This document shows positions 10,108 to 21,181 of a stretch of 64,000 bases of DNA, one piece after another. Under the pieces are notes generated by a model that saw nothing but the letters and a program-made list of their open reading frames with translations, had not been told where the DNA came from and ran no database searches. This stretch comes from Selaginella moellendorffii (taxonomy: Eukaryota; Plantae; Lycopodiophyta), in assembly GCF_000143415.4 (NCBI RefSeq), contig NW_003314374.1, positions 476,030 to 540,029 on the forward strand. Direction: 5' to 3'. The first letter of the stretch is position 1; each line of letters opens with the position of its first letter. A program made the translations under genes and the position numbers.

Positions 10108-10530
10108 ATGGCCTCGATGATGGAGAAGATTGGTGAGAAGTTCGGCAAGAAGGACGACGAGCACAACAAATTGGGCGGGCAGACGCACGAGACGCACGGA
10201 CTGGGGCAGCAGACTCACGGTCAGGGCGCCGGCTATGGGCAGGAGGCCGGCTACGGGCAACACGGCCAGGGCGTCGGCCACGGGCAGGGCGTCGGTCACA
10301 ACCCGGGATCTACTCCCTATGGCGCCACCACTGGCACCACCGGCACTGGTCACAACCCGGGATCTACTCCCTATGGCGCCACCACTGGCACAAACCCGAC
10401 TAGCGGCCACACCGCTACCGGGCAGCCCCAGAAGAAGGAGGGGCTTATGGACAAGATCAAGAAGAAGAAGAACCAGCACAAGGAGCGCAAGGAGGGCGAC
10501 AAGAGCAGCAGCAGCAGCGAATCCGACTAG
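10108..10530 (+). CDS. Dehydrin, KS-type architecture
   Basis: Gly/His/Thr-rich body with a duplicated GHNPGSTPYGATTGT, a K-segment (KKEGLMDKIKKK) and a C-terminal SSSSSESD. Confidence 0.85.
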   Translation: MASMMEKIGEKFGKKDDEHNKLGGQTHETHGLGQQTHGQGAGYGQEAGYGQHGQGVGHGQGVGHNPGSTPYGATTGTTGTGHNPGSTPYGATTGTNPTSGHTATGQPQKKEGLMDKIKKKKNQHKERKEGDKSSSSSESD

Positions 10531-10838
10531 AGATGATAAAATTTCCTCTACTATGAATAAGTTTCCACCTGTGCTTTCTTCTTCAGATGCTGAAGAAAGA
10601 AGAGTAAAAAAAATGTAATGTTTTTCCTCTTTGTTTATAAAAAAAAACCGCATACTTTATTGTACAATGTGGAAAATGTGTTCCTCTCTCTTTTAAAAGT
10701 AGAATATTCTGTTGTTTGCAACAAAATATTCCTCGGGATTTGATCGGCGCCGTTGCTACGGCTAGCGGCTGAGATTGGCTTCTTTGCCGGAGAGCAGGGT
10801 TAGGGTTTATCGGCGGCTGCTGGAGGAGAGGAAGCGCT

Positions 10839-11671
10839 ATGGCGGAACAGGTATGCGTCGTCTGGATTGATCGCGCGCCGCATTGATCGATTTTTTCGTT
10901 GTGTAGACCGAGCGCGCCTTTCTCAAGCAGCACAAGGTCTTTCCCCTGTGAGTGGATCTATTTTTTTGCTAGCTTCGCGTGTCGGTGCTGAGGGTCTTTG
11001 TGTGATGGATCAGAGGGAAGACGTCTGGGAAGAAGAAGAGGCCCGGCAAGGGCGGCAGTCGTTTCTGGAAGAACGTCGGGTTGGGCTTTAAGACCCCTCG
11101 CGAGGCGATCGAAGGTATAACTCTCGGATGCGTTCTTGCTGGATCTGTGATCGATTTCTTCGTCTGTGGCTAGGCACCTACATCGACAAGAAGTGCCCAT
11201 TCACCAGCGACGTGTCCATCCGTGGCCGAATCCTCACTGGAACTGTGGCTACAACCAAGATGACCCGGAGCATTATCGTGAGGCGAGATTACTTGCACTA
11301 TGTGAAGAAGTATCAGAGGTGAGTGTTGGCCCAAGTTCTTCCAAGTTTCTTCTTTCGCCTCGCGATTCTCTCGCGATTCTCATCCAGAAAAATCTCTTTT
11401 TTTTCAGGTATGAAAAGAGGCACTCAAACGTGGCAGCTCATGTGTCGCCGTGCTTTCGTGTCAAGGAAGGAGACAAAGTGATCCTCGGCCAGTGCAGGTT
11501 AGTCAAGATCGTAGCTATAAATTAGATTGGAACAAAATTCTCTGTTCTCATTGATCGATCCATCTTTTGTTTGGCAGACCTCTTTCCAAGACGATCCGGT
11601 TCAATGTGCTCAAGGTGATCCCGCGAGGAGCCTCCGACGGTGGCGCGAAGAAGGTCTTCACGGCAGCTTAA
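10839..11671 (+). CDS. RPS11: 40S ribosomal protein S11 (uS17), multi-exon
   Basis: [63 protein letters not shown]. Telo-box repeat AGGGTTAGGGTTT at 10796-10808. Confidence 0.95.
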
Positions 11672-11810
11672 GAGCTTTTTGTATCTTTCTTGAAAAACCA
11701 ACGGCTGAGATTACTCTACGGGTGTTTGTTCGAAATCAATGCCTGCGATGCGTTCGAAGCTTGAGTCTTATGGGCTAGGGTTTTAGGAGCTGAGAGAATG
11801 TAGCGTCGCA

Positions 11811-13099
11811 ATGGAGCTTCCGCGATCGCCTGGGACAGCGTCGGCGCCTCTCTGGACGATCGCGGAAGAGGATGAGTTGCCAGAATCGGCCGCGCTTGTC
11901 AAAGATCGTCTTGTCTATGGCTCGGCAGGCTCGGATTTGCCGGAAGCGGTGTTGGATGATCGCAGGCAGGGAGATCGCGCTGAGAAATCCGGGATTTCGG
12001 CTCCAGATCGATGGTCCCCGGGGAGGAGGCTCAAGAAATCGCGCACGGCTCCAGCAATGACAAGCGATTACGGCAAGCGGTGCGGCGATGATGACAAGCC
12101 TAGGCTTGAATCGGCGGCACGCATCGCCAGGCAAGCGGCAATAGGATTTTGCATCTACATTGCGATCGGCGTGCTGATCTACGTGTGGAGGAATTCTCGG
12201 GCACAAGGACTCACACGCTCGTCGATGCCGTGTATTTCGGCATCGTGACGATGTGCACGATCGGGTATGGGGACATCGCGCCGGTTTCGTCCACCACGAA
12301 GCTCTACTGCTGCGTTTTCGTGGTGATTGGTATGGGATTCATCGACGTTTTGCTCAGTGGAATGGTCGCTTACATCCTGGAGAGGCAAGAGGAGCTTCTC
12401 ATGAGCGCTGTGGAGGGTGGCCGCCATCAAACTGCGAGGCGCGTCTCTCGTCTTGGTTAACACGAGAGGTATGTTCTAGTTGGATCTCAAACACTTGCAA
12501 GGCTGAGAGTTTTTTTCTTTGTTTCTTTCAAGGACGTATGAGGAAGCGAATGAAGGTGGTTCTAGCACTGGGGGTGGTGATCGGGTGTGTGACTTTGGGG
12601 ACTTTGGCTGTGCACAAGCTGGAGGAACTTAGCTGGGTGGACTCCTTCTACTTGTCGTGCATATCGGTGACGACGGTGGGATATGGCGACCACGCGTTCG
12701 AGAGCCTGGCGGGAAGGCTGTTTGCTTCGATGTGGCTGCTGATAAGCAGCTTGGCTGTCGCTCGGGCTTTTCTATTTCTCGCAGAAGCCAGGATTGCGAG
12801 GAGGAACAGGCTGATTGCCAAGTGGGTGCTTACGAGAGAAATGACGGTCGGTGATCTAGTTGCAGCGGATATTGACAACAATGGCTTTGTCAGGTATGCG
12901 CCATCCATTATCTACGTTTGCTAAAACACTGCCTTTTTTGTTCTTTCTTTGCAGCAAATCCGAGTTCGTGGTTTATAAGCTAAAAGAGCTCGGCAAGATT
13001 TCTCAAGACGATATAATGGAAGTCTGTCGCCAGTTCAATATTATGGACCGTGATAATTCTGGAAGAATCACCTTGTCCTGCCTCAGTGATGCAGTTTGA
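11811..13099 (+). pseudogene. TPK: Two-pore K+ channel (TPK/KCO) with two frameshifts: pseudogene or assembly error
   Basis: SRTAP 14-3-3-type motif, pores TIGYGD and TVGYGD, and C-terminal EF-hands. The frame breaks at ~12188 and ~12445. Confidence 0.7.
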
Positions 13100-13399
13100 A
13101 GCCCATTTGCTAGGCCTTTCTTGTCGACAGCACGTAAGTTTCTGCGGATACGGTTTCATACACGAACTAACCATACTTCTCTTTTCAGAGGTTTGCTGGC
13201 AATTTTTTATTCACTAGCGAATGAGTTATGCACTCTTTAGAGCAGTTTACAGGTCCGGCTAGTCAGTGTGACTGCTAGAAACAACGAGGGGCAAGTGGTG
13301 AGCACAGTGATTAGATTCCGTGAAACAGTGCAGCAAGGGATTTTAGCAGAAGGAAGGATTATCCTATCTACTGCGGGCACTAGTTGCACGTTTACGTGC

Positions 13400-14100
13400 G
13401 GACAAAGTTGAAGTATGCAAGGATGAGTTTACGGACGTTTTTAGCAGCACTTCTCTGCGGACGTTGAAAGAGGTGTTACACGCAAGCATGGTGGAGGCAA
13501 GAGCAGTGTTCGACAATATGTTCGAAACTTTGGTACTGGGCTATGCGGTGACAATTAGTAGCGGACCTTTGTTTGCTGCACTTACGGCCTGTAGAGGGCA
13601 CGGAAGAAGCAAGACTAGAGCGTGGACAAAGTCTGAAGAAGCGAAAGGGATGTGAAGCTGCAAAAGCCAATTGTTGTGCAACATCTTCGTGGGAAACACT
13701 CGGCTGATATGTGTGGACGTATGGAGGACAGATTGCTCCGCGACAGAGTGGTCTCATAGAACGCTTTGCTGCTGGGATATGTGAGCAACGACTTGGCTCT
13801 GGATCTATTCCCGTATATCGAGTTCTACGAAGGCCGCACTCAGGGTTTGTGCAAGCTTGGCCAACTTAGAGCAGGCTTGTAAAGACGAGGAACTTGGGCA
13901 CAGGGATGTATGGCCGACGCTCGCAAAGTTTTGGAAGTTATGGTTACGCATGACGTGGATACTGGGCTACATGGAGAATGAGCTCGCTCTGGAGCTTTTG
14001 AAACGGATGCAGTCAACTGGTTGCTCGAAGTCCACAACTTGATGCTGCTCTCGTGGCCTGCGGAAAATTGGTGGATATGATGGTCGGAAGAACGGAGGTT
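13400..14100 (+). pseudogene. Degenerate PPR gene remnant
   Basis: PPR-like fragments (SMVEARAVFDNM; WILGYMENELALELLKRMQ) interrupted by stops and frameshifts. Confidence 0.45.
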
Positions 14101-14276
14101 CTTAGACGTGAACATGAGAACAAGAAGACAGCCTGCCTGGTGAGGTGAACGAGCCATCAAGTTGTTTGCGTCGAACTCCCTAAGAAGTGATCCTCAAGCT
14201 TTTCGATGAGAAACTGAAAAGAGCTTTTCGACAAAATGGACGACTATTTTCGGCTAGTGGGGTTTGCTTAGAGCAA

Positions 14277-14709
14277 ATGTCCACTGTGCGGGGGAACGGA
14301 GGCTGAGTGGGTCGAATCGGTTCTTTCTTTTCGGCCTCCCGATCATAGCTGGGTCCGTCACTGGCTACGTTGGCATCGCTCAGATCGTTGCTGGGAGGTA
14401 ACAAGTATTCTTCTTTCACTTTGATTGATTTTCTGGGATTCTAGAACTGAGGTTGTCCACGAGCGCAACGAGAGGGATTGGGAGCTTCTAAAGGTGACGC
14501 AGGCGCTTTCCAAGGAGGGGGTTCTCAAGAACTTCAAGCAAAGCAAACCCACCACACTCGAGGAAGACTTCAAGGTGATTGCTCTTGATATTTGCTGATG
14601 CCAGTAAGATGTAATTGTTTCTGGAATGCAGGCAATCCAGCAGCAAGTAGACATCAACAATTTCGAGTACGAGAAAGTTCCACGGCCCGGAGAGAAAGCC
14701 GACAGGTGA
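14277..14709 (+). pseudogene. COX16: COX16 copy 2, frameshifted
   Basis: Inverted duplicate of 4451-4894. A 10-bp deletion (TCCAGAAGGG) after codon 6 produces TGA at 14304-14306. Downstream exons and splice sites are retained. Confidence 0.85.
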
Positions 14710-15310
14710 ATGGTATATCAAGCGATCGATCAACCTTTCCATTCAGTCTTTTTGCCTGGATAGGATCACGAGAAACGCAAGTGTCAAGGAACACAGAGGT
14801 TTATGCAATTCGTGGGAGCGATCTCAAACATAGTCGCATTTGGTGAGTGAATATTTTGGATTCTCAATCTGAATCGCTGACAGTCGCGAACTACAAATCC
14901 AGGGGTGTGTGTTATTTGGGCGTGTCTCCCCGAACCTTGGCTTCATTACCTTGGAATAACGTCCTATCCTGACAAGTAAGCTTTGGAAATCTACAAAGTT
15001 TTTTTACTGTTAGCTCACAGGTATTGGGCTATTGTGGTCCCTAGGCTTTTTATGCTTGCGATTCCGTTTGTTCTTCTCATTTACGCGAGTTTGAACCATC
15101 TGGCAACACCCCCAGCTTCGTCCTTGAACACCTTGTTTGGTAAATTGGATGATACAATCTATCCTCTTTTTTCTTATTGATAAGTGGCACATTCTAGATG
15201 ATCACACGCGGGAGCCAGTAACAGTTGCTGGTGGACAGGCAATTCAGCCCATCGGGGATTTGCCGTTCGTTCAAGTGAATCGGGCAATGTTTGTGAAACC
15301 TCTCGGATGA
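14710..15310 (+). CDS. PIGP: PIG-P copy 2; reading frame open through compensating indels
   Basis: Same five-exon structure as copy 1. A -7 and a +1 indel in exon 2 give GTQRFMQFVGAIS in place of GTKPAEVYAFVGAIS. Ends FVKPLG*. Confidence 0.65.
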
Positions 15311-16036
15311 GGTCATGTGAAAACTTGTGATCAAGAAGGATCATTAAAGGAGTTTTTTTAAAGAACTATGTCAACAAGATGGTGGTAATCTAAATAACTA
15401 TCTGCAAGATCTTTTACTTTATATGAGGAGCTGACCACGAAGGATGTGAAATTGATTCTGTTCTATCCATGAGGATTGACATGTAGGCGCTGACGAGTGA
15501 AATATAGTGTAGGCAGTGAGAGTAGGGGTAAGCTGCTACAAGACTTTCCGAAAACAAGTATTATTATTAAGGAAAGAATGAGTTTACATATTTTGTCCTC
15601 AGCCTTTGAGTTCTTTAAAGTACATAAGGACTTTGGCATTGCTTTGGCACAATAAACTCCTCTAGAATGCTCCCATTCACATGGTTGGGCTGGTAAGTAT
15701 TATTCTAAAAGCAGTTATTTATTTATTTATTTACCCCAGAAATAGAAATCATATTTTGTATAGAGTTAAATTTAAAAATTTTAAACATCAGTTTTTCTAA
15801 GTACTTCTAGAACTTATTGGTTTTTCTAAGTACTTCTAGAAGAACTTGGACTATAATAACATTGTAGTCATTGGAGGCATTAAACCACCGGTGAATTCAT
15901 CCAAGCCAACCTACCCTCTCCGTACTCTCTTGGTCTAAGTGAGAAAAATGTAAAGGGTGTTTGACAAGATGGACCTATCCTCTTACATATTATAAATCTT
16001 ACACACCCAGAGCTCTAGTCACTTGCAAATTTAACG

Positions 16037-17646
16037 ATGATGAGATTGATATGTTTTGCTACTTTACTCTCAGTTGTGTATTCTGGATATAACTTGAACT
16101 CCTCCAATTTTATCAAAGAGGCATCTACTATTTCTGAGTTAGAAGAGTATGATTACATTATCGTTGGAGGAGGAACTGCCGGATGTCCATTAGCAGCTAC
16201 ACTTTCTGAGTATTTCAAGGTACTTGTTCTAGAACGTGGAGGTTCACCATATAGAAATCCAAATATTACACAACAATCAAATATTGCAAATGCCCCACGC
16301 CAAGACCCTGCATTTCAACAATTCACATCTGAGGACGGGGTTGCTAATCTTCGAGCAAATGTATTGGGTGGAGGGAGCAGTGTAAATGGAGGGTTTTATT
16401 CTCGTGCAGAGTTGAGCTTTCTTCGCCAAGCAAAGCTAGATGAAACAACTGTGAATAAGTCATATGCTTGGGTCGAAAAGGTTGTAGCATTTGAACCAAC
16501 TTACAAAAATGCATTTCAAGCTGCTACTCGTACTGCTCTTGTAACAGTTGGGGGTATAATTCCAGAGTATAATTTTACATATGATGATGTAATTGGAACT
16601 AAGACAGCAGGAATTACATTTGATCCCAATGGACACCGCCATCCATCCCCAGATTTGCTTTTTGAATATGCGAATCCTCACAACATTCTGGTTCTTTTAC
16701 ATGCAACTGTGGAAAGGATCATTATAAGAAATAAAGGTACTTAAGAAATTAGTTATTTAATGCTTTATATTTATATTCTGATTTAGGATCCGCAAAGTTA
16801 GCATTTGGAGTTATGTTTAAAGACAATATTGGTCAAATTCACACTGCAATATTAAATGAGAAAACTGGAGGTGAAGTAATAGTTTGTGCAGGTGCTCTTG
16901 GAAGTCCACAATTACTAATGCTAAGTGGAATTGGCCCAATAGAACATCTTAAACCCCTTGGTATTAACTTGGTACTGAATTCTCCTCAAGTTGGAAAAGA
17001 GATGAGAGATAATCCATCAGGAGGTATGGTATTACTATCTCCAATTCCACTTGGTAATTTTTGGAGTCCTCTTACTGTTGGAGTTGCAAGTGCTGGCTTT
17101 TTAGTGGAAACAATGGGACTTGGAACTTCAGGTCAGCTTTTAGTGAAAGTTAAAGGTCCACAATCTTTTGGAGAACTGCTTCTCAAATCCAAAAATGCAA
17201 GTGAAACTCCATCTGTGAGGTTTAACTACTTTAAAAGCCCAGAGGATATACAAAGATGTGTTGCTGGAATAAACACCTTAGAGGAGATGGCTTTATCAAG
17301 TGTTTTTGCACCCTATCGATATGATAACCAAACGCTGCCATCAGGAGGTACTGTTTTATTGCCAAATCGACGGAATTCTTTGTTCCTAAAGAGCATCAAC
17401 AGCACTATAGCTGATTATTGCAAGAAAAATATTGGAACATTTTATCATTATCATGGTGGCTGCCTGAAAGGTGAAGTTATCGATGATAACTACAAGGTTA
17501 TTGGTACCAATAATTTACGAGTTGTAGATGGCTCTACGTTTAAATCCTCTCCAGGGACAAACCCTCAAGCTACAGTGATGATGTTAGGACGATATGTGGG
17601 AACTAAATTACTTCTGGAGAAAGAGAAAAAGAAAAATAAATGTTAG
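16037..17646 (+). CDS. Secreted GMC oxidoreductase (HOTHEAD/mandelonitrile-lyase-like)
   Basis: Signal peptide, YDYIIVGGGTAG FAD motif, LGGGSSVNGGFYSRA, SPQLLMLSGIGP, YHYHGGC, LRVVDGS and GTNPQAT. Single intron at 16737-16786. Confidence 0.92.
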
Positions 17647-18357
17647 ACTCAATTAAATAATATGATAATAAAACGAATTTTTCCGTCTTTGCCTTTATTT
17701 CTTCTTAGGTGTCGCAAATCGCTCCAGCGGTGGCGCCCCTAGAGCCTTCTCTTTTCACTGCATACGTAAGGGATTCTAGCAGAGCAGGAGATGGAGAGTT
17801 CTGATGAGCCTTAAATTTTCTTCCCGTTTGATGACCAACCGAGACAAGCCGGCAGAGACGAAGAAGAAATGCTGTGGTTTCTTTGACAATCCGGAAGATT
17901 ATTCGCCGCAGAGAAAGGAGAGAGAAGCGAACGAATTTCTCTACGTCCTGCTCTTGGATCGTGAAAAATTCTATGCGTCAACTAAGGTTCGCGTGGTTCT
18001 CTTTAGCTGGCTCTTGACACCCTGGCTTGCGTAGCCGTACTCGGTGCTTCCAGGATCAAAAAGAAGAAGTCGTCGAGCTGACTCCTTCCTTGTTTTTCAA
18101 TCACAGCTTTTTCCAGATGGATGCAAAAGAGTGCCTTTCTAAGGAAGCAGCGGCTGCAAAAGAGTGGTGGCTTTCCTGATACATCTCGGCTAGACACTTG
18201 GAACGCGTCCTTACTATGGGCACACAACCTATCTCTCGACCTTCGAGGTTCTATAACTCAACCTGTGTGGTCTTTCGATACAAAGGAATGAACCTTTGGC
18301 TAGACGAGAACTATTTGGTAAGACTTGAAATTAAAACCAAGATCAATTATGTGCTGA

Positions 18358-18438
18358 GTTGAGATGGCCGAGTTGGTCCAAGGCGCCAGATTAAGGTTCT
18401 GGTCCGTAAGGGCGTGGGTTCGAATCCCACTCTCAACA
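18358..18438 (+). tRNA. trnL: tRNA-Leu (AAG)
   Basis: GTTGAGATGGCCGAGTTGGTCCAAGGCGCCAGATTAAGGTTCTGG...GTTCGAATCCCACTCTCAACA, with a long variable arm. Confidence 0.96.
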
Positions 18439-18518
18439 GGTGAAATCGTTTTCTCGATTGTAAGACAAATGGCGGTATTTTAGGATTTGATGACGCTTGC
18501 CAAGTTGCCACCTTCAAG

Positions 18519-19573
18519 GTGGTCTTGGCGTTCTACACGAATGGTGACGTGAAAGTTACCTCGCTAGGATCATCAGGTAACAGTGGCAAGGAATGGAAAT
18601 GTTGGTGCTCGAAAAATTTGCAGGAATCAGCGTGGAGCATGACCTCCTGTTATACTCACTGCTGCAAGCCTGTCGGGTCTGGAGCATCGACGAGGACTGT
18701 GTCCTCCTCACCGCTTACAATGCCAAATGGGAGCATCACCCTCGACCACTTCATGTCTGCCTGGACCAAGTTGCGCATGGATGAAGCTCCTGCTCCCGGG
18801 TCCTTCTTTGACATCGTCACCTCCTCTGCAGGCCTGGTGCTCATCCCGCAGCTGTTGTGGCCCGACCGTGAGACTCCAAGGGTAAAGTTCACAATGGGAA
18901 ATTCGATAACCATCAGAAGATAGCTGGTCTAATAATTTACAGACGTGGGAATTGAGGAGTTCAAGTTAGTAAATTTTGTGGTAATAGGATTTTACTACTT
19001 GCAATATTTGTAATTCATTTTTACTAGTAAATTAATATATTTGTATACAAAACTACTTTGGTTAGTTTCACTGGTTCAAGCTACAATCATGCTTGTAGGT
19101 GCCGAGGTTTTCTTTGTCTAAGATCTTCGACAATCTTCCTCCACAAAGGCAGGAGAGCGTGTCTGCCAAGCAGATGACTACCTTGGCAGAGGTGTTCTTG
19201 CTGGAACATCAGATTGAATCGCTTGAGACAATGACCAGCAACGATGTGAGATTTTCTGGCTTCACCAAGAGTGAGTTCACAAATCTCCTGATCAATTATA
19301 TCTAAAGATGTGCACAATTTGTTCTCCTATGCAGAATGCCTTCGAGGTTTGAAACTTTCTTGGCAGGCTGGAAATTTTGGAGTATCTGGAGGCGTCTGGG
19401 AGAACTCTGACTTCGTTGCTAAGAATGAGCTCTTCTTTCTTGACAAGTACGGCATGAAGAAGAGTCATGCTTCTCGCTTCCTGGAACACAAAGAAGAAAA
19501 CAAACAGCACAAACTTCGACAATGTTGGTGTTATAGTATAGTCAAATACTTGGTGCGATATCACATTTCTTAG
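18519..19573 (+). pseudogene. Pseudogenised paralog of the SAM-like gene, with a possible extra upstream exon
   Basis: After an intron at the equivalent site it reads NAFEV*NFLGRLEILEYLEASGRTLTSL (TGA at 19350), then frameshifts to KYGMKKSHASRFLEHKEEN. The ORF segment ending at 18881 could splice in phase 0 to 19099. Confidence 0.6.
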
Positions 19574-19584
19574 ATCCAAACCCG

Positions 19585-19758
19585 AACCTTTGGTTGACGC
19601 AGAGTTTTCTGCAATCCTAGAGTGATGGTCTTCAAGGAGTTAGAGAACTCGTTTGCTTTAGCTCGCCGATACCTAAACTGTGACAGCTGCAAGTGTGTCC
19701 GACTGCAAAGAAAATTTTAAGCGGCACCTCTTCGTCACCCTCTTTGTCTTCGTCACTG
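19585..19758 (-). pseudogene. Degenerate duplicated fragment of DDX11 exon 2
   Basis: Nucleotide similarity to 28630-28810 (GACAGCTGC.AGTGTGTCCG.CTGCAAA...TTTTAAGCGGCACC), with indels. Confidence 0.75.
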
Positions 19759-20077
19759 CCAATTCGCTATAAGAACCACCTCTCGATCCACCACAGCTGA
19801 TCACAAGCAGATATAAAGAATACGTCCTAAACAAGCTTGCACCCCTTTACTCTTTTGCTTTTTAAGCAAAGTAAAGAGCTTGACGAATCACGCTTTGCTG
19901 CTTCATTTATAAAGATCATGAATGTTCCAGCGAAAACACAAGATAACCTAGATACAGACAGCTCCATCTTGCCTGCGTTGTATCTGTGAAGAAAATTTCA
20001 AGGATTTGTAGCCAGCATTATTAACTTTACGCTGGTGAGAGATCTCCTCAAGATAAAAATTAAAAGTGACATCAGGA

Positions 20078-20890
20078 AAGTCCAAGATGATTTTGCAAGA
20101 ACCGCATCAAGAAAAATGAATCAACAACAACATTTCAAAACATGTCCAGGCCTCGTTTTTCTTGGTTGGCAACCGAACTTACAACTGTAAGCAATAGCAT
20201 GATAGATTAATAGCATTGAAAAGTTTAAATGATACAAGTTTTCAAGCTGGAAAAGCATACTTTATAGAGAAGAACGTTGTTAAGGCCAAAATTGTAAGTG
20301 CTGATGGTCGTGCTGGTGGCGTTTCCAGCAGCATCGCGAAAAATTCCCGTGCCACCTTTCACCACAGCAGTAACATCCACAACTCCATTAGTTCTAAACC
20401 CCTGGAAGTTGAAGTAGGCTCCGTCCAAATCATAAAACTTGAACTGACCCTTGCGAAAAGAGATCGATCCGTCTGACGCTGTGGAAACAAGCACTGCAAG
20501 TAAGACCCCAACTTGTCTCGAGCTGTACTCAGGTCCTTCAGTGAGTTTTGTTGATAAAAGCAGGGGATAGCCAAAGGGATATGGAGGAAGGCGTTTGCAT
20601 CCACTCCCTGGGATGCTAACAAGGTTTGATACCTGAGAATCGTTAGCAGGAACTCGAATTATATGCGCATAGAACACAAAGCAAGAGCATTTAGAATCTT
20701 CCCCATAGGCAGATCCAAGAGTTAGAAAGAGCACAACCAAGATGAGTGTCATGTTATTATTGCCTCCCGAAAGATTGATGAATTTGTGCTAAAGAAAGCA
20801 AGTTTGGTTGCCAACCAACGTAGAAAAACGTAGACATGTTTTGAAATGTTACTGTTGATTCTTTTTTATTGATGGGCTCATCCTGGACTT
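20078..20890. repeat. ~100-bp imperfect inverted repeats (20078-20180 and 20800-20890) flanking the dirigent-like gene
   Basis: Left arm AAGTCCAAGATGA...AATCAACAACAACATTTCAAAACATGTC...TTGGTTGGCAACCGAACTT is the reverse complement of the right arm. Confidence 0.8.
20225..20752 (-). CDS. Secreted dirigent-like protein, intronless
   Basis: Signal peptide, FVFYAH, PFG..LTEGP..S..VG and VVKGGTGIFRDAAGNAT, which are dirigent-type motifs. Confidence 0.75.
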   Translation of the reverse strand: MTLILVVLFLTLGSAYGEDSKCSCFVFYAHIIRVPANDSQVSNLVSIPGSGCKRLPPYPFGYPLLLSTKLTEGPEYSSRQVGVLLAVLVSTASDGSISFRKGQFKFYDLDGAYFNFQGFRTNGVVDVTAVVKGGTGIFRDAAGNATSTTISTYNFGLNNVLLYKVCFSSLKTCII

Positions 20891-20900
20891 ATTATTATTA

Positions 20901-21181
20901 TTGGTTTGCTTAAGCAAACTTGTATGTTAGTGGATATACTTAAAATATGCTTGAATATTCTAAGATATTCTACCATCTAGCGGTTGTTATTCATTTAGAT
21001 TAATATTGTATTTATAATATATAAACATGTTTATAATTTATAAACTCTTTTAAACCCCTTCTAGTATATTCTTTTTTATTCTATCATCTACAATAAAATT
21101 AATCTTGCGTTTATAAATTACAAACATGCTAAACTTTATTTGATTAATAAGTAATAATAAAATTAATATTAAGCAAACCAA
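20901..21181. mobile_element. AT-rich MITE-like element, copy 1
   Basis: 13-bp terminal inverted repeats TTGGTTTGCTTAA/TTAAGCAAACCAA near (TTA)n runs. A homologous inverted copy lies at 58684-58986. Confidence 0.6.

Noticed and set aside
15791-15841. 22-bp direct repeat GTTTTTCTAAGTACTTCTAGAA x2
   Set aside because: Simple local duplication with no evidence of function.
17790-18320. Possible spliced gene remnant before tRNA-Leu
   Set aside because: No consistent frame or family could be recognised.
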